A stretch of 64,000 bases of DNA, taken from assembly GCA_020536535.1 (NCBI GenBank), contig JAHLWZ010000004.1:62001-126000 (forward strand). The letters run 5' to 3'. Positions 37,234 through 54,097 of the stretch are shown one piece after another. A program made the translations under genes and the position numbers. Position 1 is the first letter of the stretch; each line of letters starts with the position of its first letter. The notes below the pieces were generated by a model. That model worked only from the letters and a program-made list of their open reading frames with translations, was not told the origin of the DNA and made no database searches. Origin of the DNA: Pelomyxa schiedti (lineage: Eukaryota; Protista; Evosea).

Positions 37234-39510
37234 ATGTCGTCTGGTGGGGCACCGGCTGAGTCGACTCCTGCTGCTGCGGTCGCAGATGCGACCACGAGTG
37301 CCGCTGCCGTAGATCTGCCTCAACATAGTGCCAAGATCCCAAAGGTGCCTGTTAATTTCACACGGCTTGTGAACAAGTTCGTGGTAATCGACAATGTGAG
37401 ATCCCACAACGTCGTTATTGTGAGGGTATGTTGCAAAATCGCGCGTGACGTCACCTTAAACAACGGCCTTGCAGGAGTGTGAAAAGTGCAAGTTCTTAGT
37501 GAGGATGAATCAACGCCTCGCCACCATTGTACTATTGAACTGCAGGTGCTGTCTCCCCTTTTTTTCAGCACGAATCTTATTTAGTATAGGTTTTGTACTT
37601 TCAAACTTTTGGATTCCGCCGTTGTTACATCAAGAACATGCAAAATTTTGAACTGCACTGATTGCGAGTTTGTTTTCGAAGGTATGGTTGTTCAAGACCC
37701 ACTATTGTTGACCTTCTGTGAAGATATTGACACCAGGAAAGTCGAATGTTTTGATGTCTCTGCATCGAGATTTGCTTTTATAGGTGACACGGTTCTCCTA
37801 GAAAATCAGGTTGTGATCTGGAGACCAGGTTAGATGATTCACATTTAATCTGCTTTAACACTCACCCAAAGGGTGCACAAAGAATGTAATTGCCACTGCC
37901 GAGATTAGCCAATGTGAAACAATTGACATTGAATATCAAGTATTTCCCTTACTTTTTTTTTTGTTTTTGCCCAAACACTTGTTAGGTTGAAAGAGGATGG
38001 TTCACTCTTCCTGCAAGCACCCCTGGATTTCAATTTGTGTCAACTATTGACAGTGCCCGTCGCCTTCACACATTCCCCCTCAATACAGAAACTTCCACCC
38101 CCAAAGCACCTCCACAAGTATCAATCACTACTGATGCATCCGTGCCACCAATCTCCACAGAGCTTGCTGTGGGAGATGCTGAGCAGGCACTACTTAGAAT
38201 AGCACCGTTTACATCAGGCCCTTTGGCCACCTGCCGTGACAGTTCCGGAGAATTACTCTCCAGTGAACAAGCTTACAACACTTTGCTCACTTCTGGTCGG
38301 TCCACAGAAATCCTTGCAGCCTTGGACCTTCTATTTTCAGCTCCACCTCTAACAGAAGAAGTGGTGGAACAGGCTTATCACCAAGAAAGACAGGAGTACC
38401 TTGAGCCAGTTGAATCTCTTAGAGAGAAGGTTATTTTTTATCTTTGAATGCGAAAAGGAAAACTAAACATTTGTGTAGGCTCGACAAGTTGCCGATTTAA
38501 TTTCCAGCTCGAAACACACTGTTGTTTACTCAGGGGCTGGAATAAGTACTAGTTCAGGTTATTTCAAAGACGCACTTTTCCAGTGCATAATTATTTGAAA
38601 GGAATTGGAGATTTCCGTGGTCCACAAGGTCTATGGACTTGCCAAGACACTGTATGTTCTCACCGTGACACACTCATTTTTTTGTAACAACTACAGGGTA
38701 GAAAGTGCGTGAGCAAATCATACGAGGATGTTGATCCAACCTTCTCCCACTATGCAATTACAACCCTTGCCAAAAAAGGACTTGTAAATTTCGTTGTTAC
38801 CACGAACGTTGATGGTTTGCATTTGCGAAGGTACCATATAGCTGCGTCAAGCGGCCTATTAATCTTTTTAAAAAGCGGCACTCCTCTTCACCTATTGGTA
38901 GAGATGCATGGCTGTTGCTATAAGGAAGTCTGTTCTAAATGCAAAAAAGTGTGTACTTTATTATTATTCTGGCCTGTCTCATTTATCTGGTATAGGTTAT
39001 CTTAAGAGATTACGATGTCTTCCCTGGTCGCATGTCTGGGCACAAAACAGGTCAAAGGTGCGATTTCTGTACTGGTCCACTTCTGGTACACAGCTGTAGA
39101 GATAGGACATAGATAGTTTATCTAATGTTTACAAGGACACCAGCGTTGCGTTTGGTGAAACTTACCGAGACCAGATGGATGCTGTAAGAGCAGCCTACCA
39201 TGCCAGAAAATCTACACTCGCGATCATCCTAGGTACATCTATGAACGTTCAAAGTGCAGCGTCATATCCGGAAAAAGTACTCTCTAATCCCCGCCACAAA
39301 AGACAAGTTGAAACCCTCTTTTCCCAGGTCCTCGAAAACCAAGGTCAAATCGTGCTGGTGAACATGCAGGCCACTCCCTACGATGCTATCTGCAACGTGC
39401 GAGTCTGGGCACGCATTGACGACTTCATGCGCCTTGTAATGCAACACCTCAATCTTGAGGTACAGTGTACCTTTGATGCCAGGAATTCCTGGGGCGACCA
39501 AGACGACTAG
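37234..39510 (+). CDS. Class IV (SIRT6/7-type) sirtuin with N-terminal CAP-C/TBCC-like beta-helix
   Basis: Sirtuin motifs YSGAGISTSSGIGDFRGPQGLWT, TNVDGLH, EMHG..Y..CxxC...CxxC, LGTSM and VNMQATP.D; N-terminal repeats VRECEKC, LLNC, ILNCTDC. Confidence 0.88.
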
Positions 39511-39740
39511 TTTGACTCCTAGGTAGAGTTGAGAAAAGGATGAAGCTAGGGCTCCTTCACAGCACAAAAAAGTTGCCTTCCACAGAATAAAAGGTGAGAA
39601 GGAAGGGATTTCGGCTCCGTTTTCTTTTTATCATTTTCAAGAAGGTTTTTTCCAGGCACCTCCACAAGCACAGTGGCAACGCTTCATTGTTTGTGCAGAT
39701 TCATTGAAATTTGTTTTTGAATGTGGGTAGTGGCGGTTTT

Positions 39741-42700
39741 CTATGAGGAAGATTTTGCTTTTGGCAGCTCCACGACTTGTGCTAAAAGAGTTTTGTTGTC
39801 CACTTTCGTGCCCACCTTTGTACTGTTAGGACTTAGGAAAGGAATCTAAAGTCTCTCACCTGGACACATATTTTTTCAACTGTGCCGTCGTGTGGTGCTT
39901 TCACTTGCACTTCCATCTTCATTGCAGCCACAGACATAAGTACTGTACTTTTGGCCACCTTATCCCCAATGTTGACATAGATTTTGTCCACGATACCTTG
40001 TTTTCATCAATTGTTAGTGCGTTAATAGAAATTCTTTAATGTGTAATACCCGGAAGTGGGGATGGGATGTGACTTGGGTCACTTGGGTTTGCCATGCTAC
40101 TCAGGGGAGACAAAGCAGTAGACTCACTGGATCTCGATTCTTTCAATTTTGTCTCAAAGCGTTGGCCGTCATTCACCTCCAAAAGTTAAACAGATACATG
40201 GAAAGTTGAATACACACAATGAAGACAAGAGTTCGGAAGTTCTCGTGTGAAAGAGGTCCAATTCTCTGTAATGTAAGACGGAAAGTGGGTGCAGAAGAGT
40301 CAACCTGCGTTTCTACATTACAACATAACAACTATCGAAGAAAACGTACCAGGCTCTGCACTACTATTGTCTGATTAATCTTCATACCGAAGGTGAAAGT
40401 GTAGGTTGGCAGTTGCATGATTAAATCGCCACCAAACTTGGCAGTGAAAGTTACAAATTCATCGAATTCCTAATGTTGAAGTTTACTTAAAGGAAAGTAT
40501 GAAGAGAGAACCTTGGGGTAAAAAACAGAGCTGATGAGTTCCTCTTCAGTGAATGGCCTTGCGTGCTTCTTCTGAAGCTCTACGCTCAATGCGTTGAAGT
40601 CAACTGGTGGTAAGGAAGCACCCTATGAAAAGGTTCAACACACTTATGGTGACGTTTTTATTTACCGGGCGGACAGTGAGAGGTTTGGCACCCTTCAGAA
40701 TGATTCTAGTAAGTTCTGGTGGGAATCCGTGATGAGGAAATCCAAGGTTCCCCTAAGGCTTCATTAGCTTCCACTAACGATATTGTGTAGAATCGCTACC
40801 TTAAAAAGGCTCACAACCGATTGAGGAAAATCGATCGGTGTCTTCATTACATCAGCACAAGTCATATTGTTTGACATTAAAAATAGTGCCACTGGAAGAC
40901 AAAGTGAGGAAGAGAAGAGAAAGGAGAATGCATACTGTCACCAACACATTTACTGGATGGTGTAACTTTGATAATGTCCCCTGAATAGAGTCAATGTCTT
41001 GATGCCTTAAAATTCAAGATACCAAAGAGTCTGTTTACATCTCGGTACATATCAAGTACCTCTCCCCAACGGTGCCAGATGCCCAGAGATTTACACTGTG
41101 AAATGAGGTTTGTGTATTGTCCTCCTGGGATTTGATGTTCATAAACCCTTGCGGTACTTTACAGAGGGAGAAGACGTTAATATTCCTCCGTTTACGACGC
41201 TCTTACCCAGCACGCAGTCCACTTTCAAATGGGAAGTATGTGGCCCTAATATTGCCCCAAAGGAGATCAAGTTTTTCCAATGTAAGGTAGTTGATAGGTG
41301 GACTTCGTGGATCACCCTCTTGTAGGATTAGGCAGAGAGTTGGGGAGTAACTACTAACCCATTGTGGCTAAGAACGCATTCATGCTTGGCTGGGAAGTGG
41401 TGTCTGACATACTTGCCATTGCCAAGTCTTAGATATAAAATAAGTACAAAGAGGGTTTTGGGTTCTACAGTACCAACAATATTGCACCCAAACTTGGCCA
41501 TGTTAACAACTGAGGTGAAAGACGCACTGGATGTATTGTGGGTGTGAAAGTGTATGGGGAGTCTCGTAGCACTCCTGAGAGCTCGCATGAAAGGTTCCGC
41601 CATTTGGGGTCTAAATAACCCGGCCATATCCTGGATAAAAGATTTGTTTTATTATATTGAAGCTATTGGTTTTGCACGATACTTTTATAGCAATAATATG
41701 TGCACCGGCAGCATCAATTCGGCGCGCCAAGTCTACATAGTAATCCAGTGTGTAGATTCTCTCATCTGGGGATAGAAAGTTTCCAGTAAAACAAATACAA
41801 ACTTCAGCTATCTTGCCACACGCCTAAAAGATTTTTTTTTACGAACAAAAAGTTAGCTACACCTCAGACCCACTACCTCAAAGAACCTTCACAGTATTGA
41901 TTGGGAGCATCATTTGGGACAAATCGTTAAAGCAATCAAATATGCGGAACACATCAATTCCATTTTTAGCAGCAAGTTGAATGAATTTCTCTATAACATT
42001 GTCTGGGTAGCTGGCGTAGCCTACAGCATTGCTACCACGAAGAAGCATTTGGAAGAGTACATTGGGTATCCTGGAAACATAAATAGGTGTTTAAAAATTG
42101 GTGGTAGTACTTCTGTCGTAGATCACGTAGCCGTTTCCAGGGGCACTCGTGAAGGAACCGCAAGCACACGTCAAACGTGGCACCACCCCACATCTAGGCT
42201 TGGTTAGTTCTATTTAGGCCCCAAAAATTACGCACTTCAAAGGAAAACGCATTGTGGAGAACAGAAGAGGCCTCTTCAGCAGCACATAATAAGTCTGCCG
42301 TGCGGACACGAGTGGCAAGGAGACTCTGGTGCGCATCACTGTTTCGAGATGAGAGTAAGAAGGGTAGGGAAGAAAAAAATACCGCATGGTGGTATCAGTG
42401 ATAAAAACACGGTTTTGTTCCAGGATCCACCGGGAGACTGCATCAGGGCCTTCAGCATCAAGAACTGCCTTGGCGTTCTTTGGTCTCTGCGCTCTATGAA
42501 AAGTAAATAGGGAGAATGAGGGAATAGGCGGGCTACAGCGGAATGGGGTTGACTGGATGCAAAGGCTCTATTGGTGTTATGTCACTTGGTGGTGGTGTCC
42601 AGAATAGGGAATTTGGTCCGTTGACAATGACATCGGCAATGAATCGCATCAGTCGTGTCACATCTGGTGAGAGTTCATTTTTCTGGAAAGAGTACCAAGT

Positions 42701-45317
42701 GAAAAAACAAAAACAAGCAAAAAAGCCTAACAGAAACAAACCGGGTCTGTTTTGGGTGGAACGGCGGTGACTCTTCGAACAAGCGGAGGACTAACCGGAA
42801 TTGAAGCTTGTTGCTGGGCGGTAAGCTTTTGGTACCTCCCCATATTCCTAAATTTATCATGGCGCTCATTCACTAGTTCCTGAGGTCGTTAAAATAAATG
42901 TGAGGACACTTATAAGCCTACGGTGTGACTGAGATTGGATGCATCTGCAATGGATCTCATAATGAAATACTTGATTTTACTAAGTGTTTCAGGGCAATCA
43001 TTGTATTTGTCAGTGTCCCTCTCCCAGATAATTTCATCAATGACCCCCAACTCCAGCAAATCTAGTTTTGTGTTAGTCATTCTCTTTGCAATTAACTCAC
43101 CTGTAGGATAAATGCGTTGAGTTGCAGCCATAGCATGACAGTCAGACTGGAATTTGGCCATTTTTTCGCTATCGTTTGCATACCGGCACAGGATGGAGAC
43201 AGCACCCTCTGGGGTGATGACACCATAGTAGCCTTCCGACAACATTGCTATTCTGTCACCCATTGCAATGGCAAGAGCACCTAGTAGGCAGTGAGGGAAG
43301 GTAAAGGCAGCGACCACTTGGAAATCATACCTCCTGAACCTCCCTCTCCCACCATTAAGGTAATAAAGGGTACCCTCAAACCAGCCATTGTGGTTAGATT
43401 TGAGGCAATGGCCTCTGGTTGCCCATCAACCTCACTTGAAATTGCTATCAGGAAATGTAGAACAATGCAAATATTAAAACCTTTCAAAGGAAGGATATGC
43501 CCCAGGTGTATCAACAAGAGACACTACGGGAATTCCAAAGTGCTCTGCAAGATACATCAAACGTTGAGCCTGGGGATGTTTACAAAACTAAGCAGCAAAC
43601 ATGAGTACATACAGTGCGATAACCTGCTGGGGTAGCCATTCCAAAATTGGCTTGTTGCATTGAAATAGCATCATGACCCTTTTCTGATGTTATCTTTTTG
43701 GAACTAGCAAGAAGTAGGTACCTTGTAAGTGGCAATAATCATTACAGGACATCCATCCAAAAGTGCAATTCCACCCCGTATACACCTGTCATATCCTATC
43801 CTCCCATCACCTTGTAGTTCCACAAAGTTGGTAAACAGCTGTGATATTTAATGAGGTTGTGTTAAAGTTACAAGAACCAAAATTACTTGCTCGATTATAT
43901 CTTGGGCTTGCACGCGATCCGCTCTTCTGGATTTTGAATAGTCAGGTCTGTAATCCTGTATGAATTTGTCAATGAACTTGATTTTTCCATCGAGTGGCAG
44001 TTTACTTCCGGGGGGTTATTTTCCCCTGGGATCATATCAGCAGCTTTTATATGCCAATCTCGGGGGGCGTTCAATATTGTTAGGACTTTGCCAACGGCTT
44101 CTTCTACTTGAACGAGATCGTCAACCAAGATATCCAACTGTTTTTACTATGTAAATACACAAAACATATGATAGTATGTTCAAAATTGTACTTGGCCATG
44201 CTGCTGAACAAAAGGCGCACTCTGAAAACCGGGTGGGCAATCTTTGTCATATGCCTCCTGATTCATCTTATACACTGTGTTGAGAATAACATCTAGAACA
44301 AATTGGGTTAGTTGGGGATGACAAAATGTAGATTATCACTTTCGCCGGCAAATCCTATCCTTGCCTGGCGCACGGAAATTCTAATATCGCCTTGCATAGC
44401 ATAACTTGCTGTGGTGCCACCATATGTTGGATCAAGGCAAACCGAAATGTATGGGAGCCCTTGGTGTGGTTTTAGAAGACTCAAAACTTGGGGAGCTCAA
44501 TACTTTGTGCCTTAAATGCTTGAACTGCAGCACTTACTTTTGCCATTTGCATAAGAGACAGAGTCCCCTCTAAGAAGTTTTAAAAAGGGGCTTCGGCACC
44601 TAAAAACGGTTGGAACCAACCTTGCATTCTGGCGCCTCCAGAACGAGAAACAACAATAGCAGGCAACCCAAGTTCCGTGGCATGCTCAAATCCCATGCAC
44701 AGTTTTTCACCCTCGGCACACCCCAGTGACCCACCAATGAATGAATAAAGATGTTCCATCCACATAACTTCGTAGTTCTTACATTATGGTACCGTAAGAA
44801 ATGTGCACTTTATTCGTCTTGGAAGAGAAACCTTGATAAATCTCGTGGAGCAGGAAATAGCACACAATGTACCAGCAGCAGCCGCAGCGGAGATTTGTTG
44901 CGAGTAAGTCCTGTTATTAATGGAGAAGTTCAAGAAATCAGTGCTCTGGATAGACGTGAACAGCTGAATGGCGCCCACGTCGCCATCGGGCCTCTTCTCC
45001 GCCGTGCCTCTCGTAGTCCCAGTCAGGTTTGTGCGCAGAAACATGTTGGAACCAGGGCTGCCACTTCTCGGTACCGAGGCGCCGTTCAGCGCGAAAATCG
45101 ACGGCGACGACGGCGACGGCGGCCTGGGGGAAATACATCGGCTCGGCGAAAGCGGCCTAAGTAGCGGTGACGTCATCTTGTTGCCGCCGCTGTTACTGCT
45201 GTTACCGCTGTTGTTATTTGCCGATGTAGTTGTCGTAGTTGCCGTAGCCGTGGTCGTTGTTGCCGTGGACGTCGCATTGCTGTTAAGATCTGACGTCGCC
45301 TGGTTGTGGCTGGCCAT
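39741..45317 (-). CDS. Single-chain biotin transcarboxylase: AccD-like CT-beta + AccA-like CT-alpha + pyruvate carboxyltransferase + BCCP
   Basis: [39 protein letters not shown] (AccD); ELQGD, NFGM..P.GYR, VDTPGA, GQPEAIA, GEGGSGGALA, VITPEG (AccA); [50 protein letters not shown] (PycB); AMKM biotin site. Confidence 0.92.
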
Positions 45318-45452
45318 CTTGCGTTCAATGAAAAAAGAAAACTACGAGGACTTCGAAGGTTTGATCGTTGTGTGTAGAATTAGAATAAATGTGCCTACTT
45401 CGCAAAAAAATTTAAATACTCAGTGGCTATTTTTCCTCCTGCGTGATCCAGA

Positions 45453-50479
<5,027 letters not shown>

Positions 50480-50541
50480 TCAGAAGTACTGAAGTGAGGA
50501 CTGGGCTGGAAAGAACTGAAGAAAAGAAAACACTTCGAGTG

Positions 50542-53500
50542 ATGACGGGGAATGAGGCCGTGATGAATAGTGCAGTACCTGGTGATATCTACCAGGGATT
50601 TCTGGGCACCAAAAATGGTAATAGATACATAGGGCACATGTTTCGTTTCTAATTCCGTCACACTCCTCCTCACGGAACCCAACTCGCCCAGAGTTTCTGG
50701 ACTTTGATCCAACCAAGTTGGCCGAGATACTGCAAGGGGCTGAGAAAAAGCGAGACGAACTGGAGGCCCACTTGGCCCAATTGCTGCCCAAAGTGCTCCA
50801 GTTGCCCACGGAAATTGATTCCACCAAGGCACCCACAATCGCTACTGCTGCACCCTCGGCGCAGTCGACGTCGACCAGTTCCACCAACGACTCTGCGGCC
50901 GTTGATTCGTCTGCAGTTGCAACGTCTGTGACGATGGGACTGGTTGGTCAAATGGAGGCAGAGATTTCCAGAAGAAAATCCATGCTTGTCAATGTGAAAT
51001 CCACTTCAGAGAAAATTGCCTCTGATTCTGAACGTTTGTACACTGAAGTTTTTGCTCCAAATGTGAATCCATCCAGTTTGTAGCCTATCTCATTAGATAA
51101 TACAGGCGGGGTTGGCCTCCACTATTGAAATACTGCTCTCTGAACGTGAGACTTTAATCAAGAAAGAAGCTGAGAAGTGGGCAAAATTGCTCAATTTGAT
51201 TAATGGCCTGCGGGAAGTGAAGGCCATACTGCGGACTGTGGATCAACTCACTTTAAAAGAGGATTTCCTGGGAGCAATGTCTCAGTTGGCAGATGCTGTA
51301 TGTCCTCCATGTCCCCTCCCATACTTCTTGTATTTCTTATTACTACGCTTCTCTCTCGAAAAAAAGAGCACCAAGTCACAAACAATTCTTGCAGGGGATT
51401 ATGATTTTACTCAGGATGATCCCCCCAAGGTCTTTATCCTTATGAAGGTACGAAGAGAATGGAGCCTGCAAACCTCACCCCTTCACACAAGGAAGAAGTT
51501 ACAAAAAAGCAATCAAAAATTTGTACACACATATCGGCTGCAATCAAAACACACATAGTAGCATCGGAAAATTCCGTACTTGTAAACTCTAACAAAACAA
51601 GTTACCTCTTTTTTTATTATTATTATTAGATTTGATACTTATTGTCTGTCATTATTTTCCCTAACTACTTCCAGTTCTTTTCAATGTATGTGACAGTATT
51701 GATAAAGTGGGTTTGACGTCAGAACTTATTCCACCAATTTGTGCATCCATTTTCACCTCACTTTTTGCTCCACTGTGTGCTCCAATGAAAGAGGATTTAT
51801 CCCCTCAAGTTACTACCTCGAAATCCAACAATTTTATGTGCACCAGTGTATCGTTTATCAGTATGCCGAAGATAACACTCCAAGGTGCGGTATTACTTAA
51901 AAAGCAGTGATCTCAACTATTTCAGATTATGTATGCCAAACTCTTGCGTGCTTCACCACACTTTTTGGGTTCTTCAAGCATGAATTGAACCGTTCTTTGT
52001 TTTCTCAGTTGTCACTATTTGTTTGGCCTAAAGTACAATCATCTATCACCGCCAATTACATGGACCCACTGGCTGACTGTGGGCCTGCTGTGGAACTTGT
52101 TGGGCGCGCATTGGATACATTTGAGCGTGACTTCCATTGTGAGGTCCATTTAATTATCACCTGCTTATTCCTTTTTAGGTAGCAATGACACTATCCAGCC
52201 TGCTTCAGAAAGTCTTAGTGACACACTGTACGCTCTTGTCAATAAGCGATATCCCAAAGAAAATTTACAAGAATTTGTTGCAAAAGTAATTTCAGAAGAG
52301 AAACACGTGTCTGTTGTTGTAAGTGATGGTCTGGATATAGGTTCATATTCCTCACATTCACCAAAATGATTCATTATTGTACTCAATTCCAGACAGGTTT
52401 TGGGGAGAATCAAAGCAACCTCATTGACAGACTCGATAAGTGCAATGCTGATCCTCTTCCAAGATTTGCTGTAACACAATCTGTCACTCTTGTAATTGCG
52501 AAGATTCATACTGTCCTGGGTCGCATTTACAACTGTTCGAGGTTGGAGGTTCTTCTACAGAACTTTCATTCTCATAGTTAAACAGTTCGGTGGTTATAGT
52601 GGAGCAAGTCAAGCAGTGCTACTCCATACTAGACTTCTATGTTGCACAATTTCCTGTTGTGCATCGTTCTGCGTTCCAGTCTCAGAGAATTCCTATGCTT
52701 TTTTCCAATTCATGTTTCTACCTCGCACATCACATGCTCTTGTTCCCTCTTCTCTATCCAGCCAAGTACCTAATGATTTTGAGTGTGCCTACATTAACAT
52801 CTTTTACAGGTTCCCCGGTGTTTTCGACCAAAGTAGCGAGCTGGCCCCGAAGTTCCGAGCAGAGGGTCATCGGTTGCTCCTTTTTCTAGTCAATGTCACC
52901 TAACCACAATTTAGGATTTTTGATGAGCAGGTCCAGCTCCAACAAAGTGGGGTCCAGGAAGATCTCAAACTCGAGGATGGATTTGCCAACACTGACCAGG
53001 AGCAGCAACTAAATGCCGTTCGCCTGGCTTTCAAAAAAACAGTGCATAGACTGGGACTGCTATCAAAGATGTGGAAGGTTCGTCATCAGAATTATCAATG
53101 TTAACAGAACCCTGGCACTCGCTCATTTCTTTAGGATGTACTTCCCACTGACAACTGGCGACATGCCATTGGAGGCCTCCTAGACGAAGCCCTTGGCATT
53201 GTTATTGATGGAATCTTTGAACTCGACGATATTGGTGATGAAGAAACACATAACCTGGGTACCGCTATGTCTCTACTTCTTCCAGCTGCCGGTTTATTTG
53301 ATCTGGACCACAGAGTACTGAGAGCAAATCAACTTTTCAATAACCTAAATTTCTTCCATAGGATCCCTCTGAAAAACCCGAGAAATATGCACCCCTTTGG
53401 GGCAAGTATGTAAAACTAGCAGCCCTTCTCGAAATGCCTCTTGCCAAAATTGCCGAGGAATACAGCCAAGGCAAACTGCGGGACTTTACTTCTCGGGAGT

Positions 53501-53589
53501 TGTCCTCCCTGGTGAGAGCCATTTTCCTCGACAGCACCACGCGGAAAATGTTCCTATCACAGCTCGCAGCTGCTTCCTCACGCTCCTAA
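50542..53589 (+). CDS. ZW10: ZW10 (RZZ/NRZ-Dsl1 complex subunit)
   Basis: Helical protein with MLFSNSCFYLAHH, LSKMWKDVLP, DDIGDEE and C-terminal WGKYVKLAALLEMPLAKI...FTSRELSSLVRAIF..S..R typical of ZW10. Confidence 0.8.
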
Positions 53590-54097
53590 TTCTATTGTTT
53601 GCTACTAAAAATAAAGGCTTACCATGGCCAAAAAAAAATCTCTTTTTCCTTGGTTTGTGTGTTAACAATACATATGTTGGGGTGATGTGTGTGGTGTGAA
53701 GCTGGCCCAGAATTATTGCTACCTTCGTTCCATGGAGTTTTTGGGCTCTGAATTCTGACTGAGGTAGTAAAGGTTTCACGGGGGTTCATCATCACAAGTG
53801 CTATTAAGGATGTATGTTCTGGACTGATTGAAATCCGCGTCTGTATGCAGTTGGTGTTCGTAGGTACAGTACAATTGTTGCTAAACGAGATGAGGAAGGA
53901 GTCTGATGGCGGTAGCTGCTGCTCAATCGGGTGGGGTTTTGTTGAAGGAAAGGCGGAAGGAGACAGTGGCTCCGCCGACCGGATGCGGTGCTGTAGTTGG
54001 TAATCTGCACGGCTTTGGGCCCGAATGCCCAAGCCGAGTGGTGATCGGTGGAAAAATTACTGGGTATTATCCTGATGCTGCCTGTGCTGCCTTTGTT

